From the NCBI RefSeq assembly GCF_000150275.1, contig NW_002060954.1:620001-684000 (forward strand): a stretch of DNA of 64,000 bases. The letters run 5' to 3'. The stretch is from Trichoplax adhaerens. Taxonomy: Eukaryota > Animalia > Placozoa. Position numbers and translations under genes: made by a program. Shown piece by piece: positions 29,501-41,988 of the stretch. Below the pieces are notes generated by a model. The model worked only from the letters and a program-made list of their open reading frames with translations. It was not told the origin of the DNA and did not search any database. Position 1 is the first letter of the stretch; the number at the start of each line of letters is the position of its first letter.

Positions 29501-32159
29501 TTACTTCATTAAATTAGTATTATAGTTATCAATCAGACTGAAAAACTTATAATTGCTAAAATTGCTATTTATACGGTAGAAGAAATCATGCTGTTTATGA
29601 CCTATGATTTATCCTTATATATCAGCAATAGTACATCACATAGGAGCAGACTATAAATGTTTTATTTGATACAATAACCTAGTGATTGTATGGTCTTGCA
29701 GTGTGTGAGAGTTTAATTTAATTTAAATATAAAAAACTCACCTTTAGTGCTTAAATCAAATCTATTCTTATATAGTTTTAATTTATATGGATCTTAATTT
29801 GCCTTAGTTACGTTATTATTGTATTTTTGTAGGCCTTCATAAGTATTACTGAACTTTGACTAGTTATAGCTAATTTTTTATTCTAGCCTTTTTACCTTAT
29901 AGATTTATTTTGTACAGTACGTTCTACGTTATAACTATTCGCCCTAGGGCTTCAACAATTCTTACACATTAGCAATACATTCACTCCGATTTCAACTATC
30001 TTCAATACAAGGATAATGTGACGATATTATTAATTAAATGACCATTTATTCTTTGACAATGCTAACTATTGTTTCAGTAATATTGATCGTCGTATCAAGT
30101 TTCAATATTTATACTATTCACTGCTTACAACCAGCACTCATGTTATACGGTATAAGTCACTTATGGTATCTTGTCCAGTCAGCGAACGTGCATTCGCACA
30201 TGTCTACTAAAATAAATCAACTTGGTGTGAACTTATATGGCAATAAACTTTGTTTTAAGGCAAAATTTTAAAATTTTAATGCCTCTGAATGTTATTGTAA
30301 TACAGCAAGAACAGTTGCAATTAAATAGGAGAATAAACCAAATCATAGGCTTTTCACCGTCAGATTTATGAATGATACCCGTACACTGTGATACTATATT
30401 ACATTACACTCAGGCTTTTCGATATTGAAATGTGTTAACGTACAGTATTCGCGTTTGTTATATTAAATCTTGCTACATGCATATGAGCCTAGTGTTGAAT
30501 GTTATTCTCTGACAAAAGTCATTAGATTGAGTTGGATATATGTCCTTACTCCATTAAATTTCCTATTGAAGCTATATAGTTCTAGGTAGTTGCAAGACGA
30601 ACCTAATTAATGTAATAAAGTGAAGTTTACAAGAAGCTGTAGTTTTTTTGTATTTTTGAGAAGACACTTTATCACAGAGGTAAAAGACGGTTATGGTAAA
30701 AAATATCGATCCCATTGGTTTATCTTACATTAAATTTAGATTCAATTCAATGCCATATGTAAGATCAAACTCCATTTCTAAGGATACAGTCAGTAATAAC
30801 TTATTTTAGAAGCTGATCAGAATTTTTGCTGACTATTTTATGCCATATTAAAGAAAAATTATCTTGCGATTCGCTAGTATGTTCTATGTAATCCCATGTA
30901 GTTTACCATTTTCGAGTTGCATACACTCCTCAACACATCTTGGAAATATATTCTGATGGAGTATAGTTCCACGTACTTGATTATAACGTATGATGTTCTT
31001 ATTTGTTGTAATTTTGTAATACAGACTTATACCATATATCTCGCACTTAATACAATCTGCATATGAGCATATTTCAATTGAGTATTGACATTTTATTAAT
31101 TATGGGTTGTCGTTTACTAATACAGGATCATTATTACGTTGCTAGGTACATAGCTTAATTACAGGACAGTTTATCCATTCAAATACACGCGAAGTAGTCA
31201 TTTAATTCTATTTACTATCTTTAGTATACCTTTGGGACGTTGAATAGGATTGCATGACTTTGAACAGTTATAAGTTATAAGCCAATAATTTCATTACAGT
31301 TTCAGAAATTAAATTAGATACAGGATATATTACGATAGCTACTATAATATACTTTTAAAATACTGACTAAGGAAATATCTCTGAAATGAAATATACATGT
31401 AGAAATACATGATATTCATAGGTAAAGTTATTTCATTGTAGGTATCATGATTATTTAGCAATAAGAATAATTTGCATGATCTAATATAGTGTTATCGATA
31501 TTACCGCCTAACTGCCTTCGATTTCTTACTCTTCCCAGTAGATTTGTAAGTAGTTATTAATAGATGTGATCTATCATAATTGTATAATTTTGATTGTGTG
31601 ACATTATCATAACCTGTCTTTGAGTAAGATAATTTAAAATTAGTCTCAGCATATTAGGCCGCATGAAACTAAACTTTTAGTTTGTTTTTTTGAATAATAT
31701 ATCATAACAATAGATGATCGAAATTCAACATGTACTTTAGTCTACCTATATTTTAGCCAAAATGTAAACATATTTCTATAAAATCTGGCGTTTTTAAAAT
31801 TTATTAACAGATAATTATTACTTTTCTGATAAGAATTTTTCGTTATGAAAATACCTTTCGCTTTTTTATTTATCGTAATAATTCTAGCTTGGTGATTCTT
31901 CTACGATTATTTGAGTTGATGAATTAGTTATATGAATGTTAGTGTTTTCTGGTAAAAGTTACCTTAAATATCCTATTGCTCTATGATTACATTTTATTAT
32001 AGCTAATCAAAGTATAATCTATACAATACTAAAAGATTAATGAGTTGCAATTAAGATAGTATTATAAATATAGATTGCTTTCAATTATATTTTAGTAGAA
32101 ATACAGAAAAATTGATTTCGTATTCATCATGACAGCCTTACCGTACCAAATACCGCTCC

Positions 32160-34893
32160 TTAGTTTTCTATATGGCATCAAATGAAATTAATTATTTTTT
32201 GCATATTGAAAATGAAAGCAGTAGTTGTTAAAAAATATACGTTTAATGGCACAATATGTCCTAAATATAGCAAAGATACTAGTATAGTAGCAATCTTACT
32301 ATGTATATTGCGCATATATGGGGCTTTCATCCATAATGGCACAAGCATAATCTCTTGTTGACTTGGTGTAGATGCTATTGCTGATTGAAATTAAACCAAT
32401 TTTAAAGCGACAGAGTTTTTAATCATTCTAATATTGAAGGCTTAATCGTTGCTACTGTAAATTATCGCTCTACCTCGTTAAAATTACTATAATTGATAGA
32501 TAACAATCGATTCTACAATAAATACTTTATAGCATTAATGGCAAGGCTAGCATAATAATTTTCTAATAATTTAATCATCCTATTTAGCCACTGGCAGCGT
32601 GTAAATTCTTAAATATAAAATCTAATGGTTTGAATAGTAATACGTAATCCTGATATAAGGATATAACATTTAGAATAGCACAGTATGCCGATACTATAGG
32701 ATTTTAATTAATAATCTAATTGTCATGGGAAAATTGGATAGTTTAGTCGTGTACTATATGTGAAACCAGTTTACGCATTATTTACGTAGTATAACAAACC
32801 TTCACGAGATAGAAGATTTTCGCGTGATTCACTATCATCTACTTGTATGTATATTAAAAAAATTAAAAAATGATTACTTTTATGTTATGACATTTTTTAA
32901 AATATCGAATACAACCGTATAACCTATTTTTTTTTATATTAAACTCAGATATACTGTAGCTTATAAAGCATCAGCACGATATCTTACTTAGATTGTATGC
33001 TAGTACATTTTACCTCTGAGAAATATTGGCAGGATTCGGTATTGATCATTATCTGTTATTGGTAATAGATGGTAAGTCATTAATGTTACCGTAGTGTAGT
33101 GATGAAAGTACTCTCATTGCTTACTTTTACGCATTGAATCTACACTTTGTATCTTTATTCTAGTAAATAGAATTAGCATTTCATCGATTTCATATGGATA
33201 CAGAAAGTTGAAACTTATTTTGGATTTACAAACAAGAACTGTCACATTTCTACAGGTAGCAATTACAATTTAGTAGCATCTATTTAATTCTATCGGACTT
33301 CAAATAACACGATAGGGATATAAATTTAAATATCCTTTTCTTTATTAATTTTACAGTAGCTATATTTCACTAGAATTAGAGCACTATTGATTTGTAATCT
33401 TAGAACCGTAATTATAAGCAGGCAATAGACAGCTACTTTATTGATTTTGTAATTACAATATCGTCGAAATCTATGAAAAATTACTTCATAGCAACTATGC
33501 ACTAACAAGGAAACGCTATTACTATCATAGGATGGAAATATAGTGCAAGTACTTCGATATCACAGAATATTACTGTAGTTCTACATTGGGTGTATAATAT
33601 GAACTTATATCTGATAAAATTAATCTGTTTGAAAAGTGACATGTAACATGTTATAGTAGATTATTAACGTTTTATGAATAAGAATAGCAATCACACTGAG
33701 AGTGGCTCGGTTTGTAAACAGAAAAATCTATACGAGCATATACAGTACATGCATAGTGTGATCTGTGTTTCGATATGTAGTGCGCAATAGATATCTAGTT
33801 TAGCTGGATGTGATAGGTAATTTATGACTTTTTATTGTAGTTCAAAACAGTTATCCAAAATAATAAGTTAGCACACTGATCATCTAGGATTGATCGGTAA
33901 TCTTTTTTAATTTAAATATTTTATTTGATAGGATAATAAAATTTATACGTTCATTATTTACCGGCTGCTCTGGCTTTTTCTCGACGAAAAAAGAATGGAA
34001 TCATTTGAGAGTTTTGTTGCTCATTTTGTTGCTCATTTTGTTGCTCATTTTGTTGCTCATTTTGTTCCTCATCTTGTTTCTTATTTTGTTTCTCATTTTG
34101 TTCCTCGTTTTCTAATATGAACAGATTCACAATAGTTATCATAGCTCAACTTAAGTGCTATAAAATTCTTGTAAATATAATAAGTTAAATAACATAGATT
34201 TCATTAAATTATACTATCACAGCAATATCGATCTAAAATGTGATTCTAAGTCTTCCTAAGTTAGTTATGATAGGATAGAATCGTATTGTACGGCATAAAA
34301 CAAATACAATACTGGTACAGTAATATTATATATAAAAATATAAGTTGAACACTGATATTTTGATAAACTATGCTTTATAATTGTACATAATCTGGTCTAA
34401 ATCATATCTTGATATTAATTTCAATGATCTATAGTATGAGTATGACCTCTTCTATCAGGGCTTATAGATAGATACTATATGATGTCTTGGTAGTAAATCT
34501 AAAGATCAAGCTGTCTTTTAATTGTTCTAGTAGAACTTGATTATGACGTAAATCAGTAAATTGAGCCTACATAATTATGTTGTACTAGACCTATAATTAA
34601 ACATGGAATCTCTATCTGATCGTAAATTTTTCACCAATATTGCAATATCACCACTACCGCACCTGTTAATAATACGGTATATATATATACAATGACTATT
34701 ACCACGTAAATATACTTAACAGAAGATTTTTGCTTCTCTATTTACAGTTAACTTCGCCGTTTACAATTTAAACTATTATAAATGATCGAAAAATTCGTAA
34801 TAAACATTACTACATCAACATACGAGTGACATATCGAGCTTTTATTTCAGTCACTGTCAGCAAAACTATCGCCAGAATGATAAGCTTGTTCAT
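32160..34893 (-). CDS. Putative neuropeptide precursor (signal peptide, NEQQ acidic spacer, IPFFF/LPIFL/VPLWM peptides), ~128 aa
   Basis: Exon 34893-34824 MNKLIILAIVLLTVTEIKA/RYVT (AAACCATG start context, donor GTATGT, phase 1). Then 34111-33962 (150 nt) ...NEQQNSQMIPFFFRREKARAA; 33052-33014 (39 nt) DNDQYRILPIFLR; 32838-32800 (39 nt) DDSESRENLLSRE; 32380-32300 (81 nt) AIASTPSQQEIMLVPLWMKAPYMRNIH; tentative end 32167-32160 (KN*). All internal exons are phase 1-1 with AG/GT boundaries. Confidence 0.68.
34012..34110 (-). repeat. 12-bp tandem repeat (TTTTGTTGCTCA)n, ~8 units, coding (NEQQ)n on the minus strand
   Basis: Directly visible. It lies inside the 150-nt exon of the putative prohormone. 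Confidence 0.9.
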
Positions 34894-37190
34894 GGTTTCG
34901 ATTGATCTGAGGACTATTGAGTAAAAAAAGTAAGCTATTAATACAATTAATGCGTTTGCTAAACCTCATAAATTTTAGATTTCAGATAGGAACGCTAGAC
35001 ATAATACTTCGTATAAATACTAATCAATAGTAATAAAAACGAGACGGATATATCGAGCGGTTATGGAAAAATTTAAAGTTTTTGAATTTAAACAACTTTA
35101 AATATGGTAGGATAACAAAATGATTATAACTTGAGAAGGTTAGAAATAGAAAGACAAAATATCCTAATGTCAATGATACGATAGCTACAGCCAGAAGACC
35201 TTAATTCAAGATTGCTTAACTATATTTATCAAGACGCTTTTCAGGTGCAGTTAACCTGTACCGGCCTTGCATGTTATAGGCACCATGGTAAATGAAATTT
35301 ATGCATGTATGTGAGGTTGATAGATCAAAAATCTTCAAAACTTTAGAAAAATAAGATTTATTGAACAAAACCTCCTTTACGAAGATACAACGTAATCGAT
35401 TAACTGAGGATCTCTAATGAGAAACAACTATCTTATACTGAACTACTCGCTTATATACTTTTTCCCGTTTACAGTCTTAGCACCTCACTTACTACACACT
35501 TCCTTATTAGCATCTCAAATACAGGATAGCTTACATCTTTCATGTGAAGCTCTAGTGTGAGCACTGTAGCGCTCTTCTTTAAAAGGATTACAGTTACTAA
35601 GCTAGCTATATCTAATACTTAAGCCTCTAACGAGAATATCTATCACATGTTGATCACAACACCTACGGTAGACATTACTAAATATATCATCAACTTAGAA
35701 TACAATATTACACTGTCTTACAATGTAGTTCAACTTCTACAGCATGATAATTTACTAATTTTTACGAGATATCAAATTTTAATACATTAGTAATGATACG
35801 CCGTTATTAAATATGATTAAAAAAATAAGGTCATCTTAATTTTTGGAAGCAGGAAGTTAAACTAATGATTACTATGTTTATGAGAGCAATCTATCCTGCA
35901 AATCATTCTAATATTGACAATTCCATAAAGAGTATATATTACCTAAGTTTAAAGCTATACTACAAGGGCGAAAACGGTTGTCTTATATATAAGCTGTATA
36001 CTACATATATATTAAAAGTTACCTAGTCGGACAAGAATCGGATTTTACAGTCGTTTATAAAAGTTTTATTGTTTCTATTACACTGATAATATATAATTGT
36101 AAAGATTGCAGATACTTTGTCCAATTGAATAGATCCATATAATATGGCTTATGATAGATTTAATGCTAATTTAGCAACTATAGTAACAGAATTAAAATGA
36201 TCTTAGAGGTAAATTAGCAAAAGAAAGCTTCACAGATTCAGTATATTTTATTCTAATGTTAGCAGGTACGAAGCACGATGACTTATTGTTGATACTTGTA
36301 ATGCTACTGACATTGATAAAGAATGATTCTCGTAACGTGACGATAAGAAATTAATAGATCGAAATAGATAATACTGGAGCGGTACAAATCTAGTAATAGC
36401 AATGCCAGGTCTAATCTTAATGTATCTAATGAATCCTTGGAAACATTCACAATACGAAATAAAAACTGCTCATTAAGAGTACTGGTAATAAACATAGCAT
36501 AAACTGATAGAAACATAATTATAGTTATTTCTAAAGATTACTTTTTATCATAGAGCAATCAATTTTGAAAAGTTAAAATCGAATTTTAGAATAATGCGCT
36601 AAACTTTGTAAATATGGTATTATACGAACTTTGTTTTGATATTTGATGCGAATAAACTCTAAATTAATTATACCATATTAGAAAAGTGAGAATTTAACGG
36701 ACCGTTTTAAATACATATTTTTACAATTTAATTTTACTTTCCTCACGTGAAAAAGATTTAAATATTTTAACGATAAAATAGAATTCGGGCTTCACACGAA
36801 TTTTTTTATGATATACTTACAGTTATCAACAAGATATAAGTTGGAGAATGGATATTGAATTTAAGGCCTGAATATTATCGCGCTGTATTTTTATATTCTT
36901 ATGGGATTACTAATTTGCATGTTACGTGAAAGACATCAAGTCAATAAATAAAATTTTAAATAATGTACGAGTCATATCTTAATGGTAAGCAAATACAATA
37001 TACTTAATTTAAATCGATACTTTGTTGCTAAGGTCACTTTTAGAGTTAACAAACTGCAGGTATAAATTCGACGCAATTTTGAAACCAACTCCAATATATA
37101 GAAGATTTTAAGAAGTGAATATAGTGGGAGGGTTTGTGCTATAAATCTCAATCTGTATCGAATCATGGCGATTAAGGAATCCACGTTTAC

Positions 37191-37264
37191 TTCATATCTC
37201 GCGCTAGCCTCAACTATAATCGCACTGATAGCTTAGATAGCAACAAATTTTAATTGGAAATTTT
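37191..37264 (-). pseudogene. Decayed signal-peptide exon resembling those of the two prohormone genes
   Basis: After an acceptor it reads LKFVAI*AISAIIVEASA/RYE. There is an in-frame TAA at 37235-37233 and no ATG. The signal followed by R-[YH] matches the 34893 and 49435 genes. An upstream GTAAGA donor at 37418 suggests a 5'UTR exon. Confidence 0.4.
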
Positions 37265-40200
37265 CTGTAACATCCGTAAACGGTATTTGTATAACTGCAA
37301 TATTGTGATTAATTATGCTGCTTATACATGTTGACTTTTTATTATTGAAAGCCCCAGTTGTTCATTTCTTTTTAACTACACAAAGAAAAAATGAATAAAA
37401 AACAATGACTTCTCTTACCGTCTGTTTTAATATTTGCAATGTTATTTTGCTTATAAGAATAAAAACAGATCTTATTATATACTGCTATCCTTATGATGTT
37501 ATCCTTAGTTACTCGACAAAAAAAGCATGACTTCGAATCAGTTTCAGTAGGACTGGATGTATGTGACAGCTTCTTGTATTTCTTGCTCTTATTTTGACTT
37601 ATCTAATCGAGATTAGTCACTATAAATTTTTTTATTGTTTTAAAAGAACTGCAAGTACGTATATTTTTATTTATAGATCCATTGATACAGTCTAAGATTA
37701 ACATTATGAGCTGAACCATAAATGGCACCAAAAAAGAAATTTAATGTAATTATTTTTTCGAAAATCTCCGAAATATCTCGAGTTGAAATGTTGCCGTGGT
37801 TGAAACGGATGTTTATGTTACAGTATCTACATGGCCATCACATCTGTATTTAACTAACTCATAATTAAGATATTATTCAAATAAGACATTCGTCAAGGAA
37901 TCGGTTATTTACTTTCGAGCATCAGAAATGCATTATGTGTTTATATCTCATGCAGCTCTGTGTCCTACATTTTAATTTAAAAATTTATTTACAAACTTTC
38001 GACTTACTAGACTGTCAAGTCAAAATATACTTTAGCACAAACCAATTGTTCGCTGGCATGTGAACTATGTCAACATACAGCGCTGAAATACCGTCATTAT
38101 AAAAATAATGGCAACTCTGTTAATTACTAGCGATCTGTTTTTCTATTGCTTCTCATCATTAAATTCATGCACTAATGATTTTATGGAAAAAGTAACAAAT
38201 TATTTAACGATCTCACTTTCTAATATCTGAATCATCTGCTATAAAATTGATTATAACTGCAAATATGAAACCATTTTACTTAAGGCCTTATGCGATCGTT
38301 GTAGTGCCTCTATAAAATAAAAACATTTGTTTCGATTTCAAAATAAATAATCGCGAAGCTATTTAATTATTAATAGCAAACCTATTAATAAACCAAGCTA
38401 TTACCTTACGTAACGGTTTTGGAGCCTCATTAAGAAGGAAATGTAGCATTTTACATTAATTACTCACTTAGCATATCTAGTATTTACTTTACTTTGCTAA
38501 ATTGATGATTTTAGTCTTTTAACTGTCGTAGTAAACAAACGTAAAATACGAAATTTTAGTATTGTAAAGCCGGACTTTCCATGAAATGTATACATTCCTC
38601 TAGGAACTTATAGAGGCCACAAATAGGACGTACTTTTTCAACAAAAGATGCTTTATCGGTTTAGTTTTTAGCTGCGTTCCAAAATAATTTTACAAATTAG
38701 CTCACGGAGTAATTTATGCTAGTAGAAAGCAATGATGCCATGGTAGAATAATATATTGGATCAAGTCCAATACTTTGTGAATCATTCCTGTATGACATTC
38801 ATTACAGTAGATTTAATAATTCTTTTGACATACCTCACATTATAACCTCTAAATCAGCATCATCTCTGCGTGCCTTTCTTATCTGAGTAAACGACTTTAA
38901 GAAATGAAACCTTTTAAGCTAACTACGATAATTTTACTTTATCTCACTGTGATACCGAAAGTCCCTCTTTCACATGATTTCTTGTTTAGGATCACTGTAC
39001 AATTAATTCCAAGTAAGTATTGAGTTGTATAAACAGAGTCTTTGTATCATCAAATAAAATTTGATACATTTATCATTTGGATCTTATTACGGCATGCATA
39101 TTTTCTGCATAAATTAAGAAAATAATGACAGGCAAAAAATATGTCTATCATAAGTACGCGTACATTTATCGAAACATGTTATAGAATACGTCGCATAACA
39201 TCCTATGATCCAATATCGTTCTAGCTATTACAGGAATCTGATCATAGATGCTGGGTGTTACACTTGATTCAATAGATTTACTATTCATATCAGAATAATC
39301 ATGACTAATTACTGAATATCATTGCTCGATTTTAAACTTATTGAAACAGATCAGATTTCCACATATTTTGCGAAGGAGTCACTACTCATGAATTCGTCTA
39401 TATTATGTGCTACTTTTGCAAAACGCTCACTCTTGACTACTAGCATCTAGTAAGTAAGCTTAGTTTCAAAAGTATGAGCACTGATTTCGCTAATATCAGG
39501 GACTACTTAAATAAAGAGAAACAGGACACGATTGTTAACTACATAAGCAAAGAGCAGGCCAACTATTTTGCTGGTCATTTTAACTGTACTGTACATTTGC
39601 AATCGTAAACTATTCTGTTCAGTGTCATACTCCAAAGCAGCTACCAGGTTGGTTTTGCCAGTATGGTATACAGTTATAGTGGTGGTGCACGGTAAAATGC
39701 CAACAAAATAATTAGCCTACTCATTTCTAGTAGTCAGCGGTGGTATTCCGTCCTCTCTTTTTTCGAGTAGTCCTTGTTGATGATGTACGTATAGCAGATA
39801 AGGCATGCATCTTAGACGATAAAATAAACAAGCTTGAAATACTATCGGTTTTTATTAAGATCTACTTAAATTTTTGGCAAAGGCTTTAAGTAAATAGATC
39901 AATATATACATTTTACACTCACTATCTATTTCATTATAATGAAATATAAAGTTTATAAACTGCGACTATATTTACCATTCAGAATAGATTAGTGGACTTA
40001 ATCTATAACAAAATACTGAATACGAGTAATATGCAAAACATCGCCTTGCTAGCCTAAAAATAAAATCGCAGTATGATAGCTAAGTCTAATAGTGATAGTA
40101 AAAGATAGGAAAGAATTCATTTGTACGATACTAGTAATCTTTAATCTCTGTAATACTTATTATGCCCAGTAGCATAGATTAGTTCGATTATAAGTATACT

Positions 40201-41965
40201 ATAGTGTTAACTATTATTGATGGAGGCGAAGACAAGATGATTGAGAGTAGATAGCCTTTTATTTTTAGATAGAGTTAGGAGACGAAATAGAGATTGGTTA
40301 GCCTCGTGACAGAGAGATTATAGACAAGAAGAAAGAGCAGTGCAATCTACGTATATTTATAAGTTATTCGGCCACAGTCTAGTCTTAGGAATGTGTCTAG
40401 TGCCAATAAGCATTATAGATCTATTATAATATTACTACTGCAGGTTCAACAGATCATTGCATAGTAAGTGATTAGTTCGATCGCGTAACATACATTTTTT
40501 GAGTATAGTAAAAATTAGAATGTTCAATATGGACTAGATGACTGTATTTGATGATTTAATTACGTACATACGCGTAGATATATTTACGTAATGCCGATTA
40601 AATTGAGTTGTAACGATTTAAAATAATAGGCAGATATCCAAGAAGTAATTTTAGCTTGATATTTTTGAACTTAAAGATCAAGCTATCGTAGCAGGGTATC
40701 CGATAGAACGAATATTCTTGGTCATATAAAATTGTTTAAGGTATAATCTATTGAATGACATCAGGTATTCATTCACATATAACAAACATATTTCTATGAT
40801 TTCTGATATGTTATGATCTCTGGTCTTAAAAGTAAGTAAATATAAATTGCTCATCCATCAGTTCGGATTTTAACATTCAAGGATTATATCCAAAGATAAA
40901 ACTAGCAATATAATGGTGTTGCAAGTTTTAGTATTAGCGGTAATCACAATCGCAATATACTATGAAGAGTCCTAAATATAATTTTACTAGTGTAGTTTAT
41001 ATCTCAGCACGCGCAATTCCGGCATAGGAATAGTAAAGTTAATATCCTTGTCACAACGTCGTTTGCAACAATCGGATTCCCGTTCCACACTTATCCTACT
41101 CTCCTCTGTCCTACCGTAAAACTGCCACCAGGCGTCACTACTCGCTCCACTTCAGCGAAGGACCTCAGTCAACAGTAAAGGCGGACTAGAAGCGTCTGGA
41201 TAAATTTACTAAACTAACTTTATTAGGTCTCCGTATTTTCCTCCTGCCTAGCGAGGTAAATTACAACCTCTTATATACTTGTATCAAATCTACACCTTTT
41301 CCACCTGTTAATTATTCTTATGCATAACTTAGTCTTTTCTATAACTTTGTAATCCTGTTAATTACTATCGAACAAATATGTGATAATTGATATTATTATG
41401 CGCTAATAATATTATAGCATCAATTAACAATTTAAGATCTAGCAGATTCCCTACAAGTGTGACAACCGCCATTTTGGTTATTACACGTCATTGGCATATT
41501 AAGTACCTTACTTCTACACACTCGTTAATGGAAGTCCATTAACGATTGAATCTCACAATATTAACAGATCATAATATTTATGATTATCTAATCGTAACCG
41601 TCTATTTCTTCTTCAATAACATTATCACATAATATCTTAAACCGTAACAATCCTTGAAAGACATACGTTTATCAGCAATTAAAAAATCTAATGGAGTAAA
41701 CGATTGAAGTTTGAAAGGGAAACGATAACATATAGTTATTATGTAATCGAACATGGAGCTAGGAGCCTCTGTTCGATGTTAGTTTCTCACCATGGGGATT
41801 GGGTGCCCGTGTTATCATTTGGTTGATTACACATGGGGTTAGTTAACCTTATCCACAACTGAATGCGTCATGAATCCGAATGATTCGATATCTATTTACG
41901 TCTTTATTAATTCGTAGTAGAATTCCTTTGCAACTGTATATATTTTTGCGTGTAGCCAGAATGCA

Positions 41966-41988
41966 GTTATTATTATTATTATTATTAT
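41966..41988. repeat. (TTA)n microsatellite
   Basis: Directly visible, ~7 units. Confidence 0.85.

Noticed and set aside
41740-41860. H/ACA snoRNA on the minus strand
   Set aside because: H-like and ACA boxes can be found, but the 3' hairpin is only ~35 nt with no clear pseudouridylation pocket.
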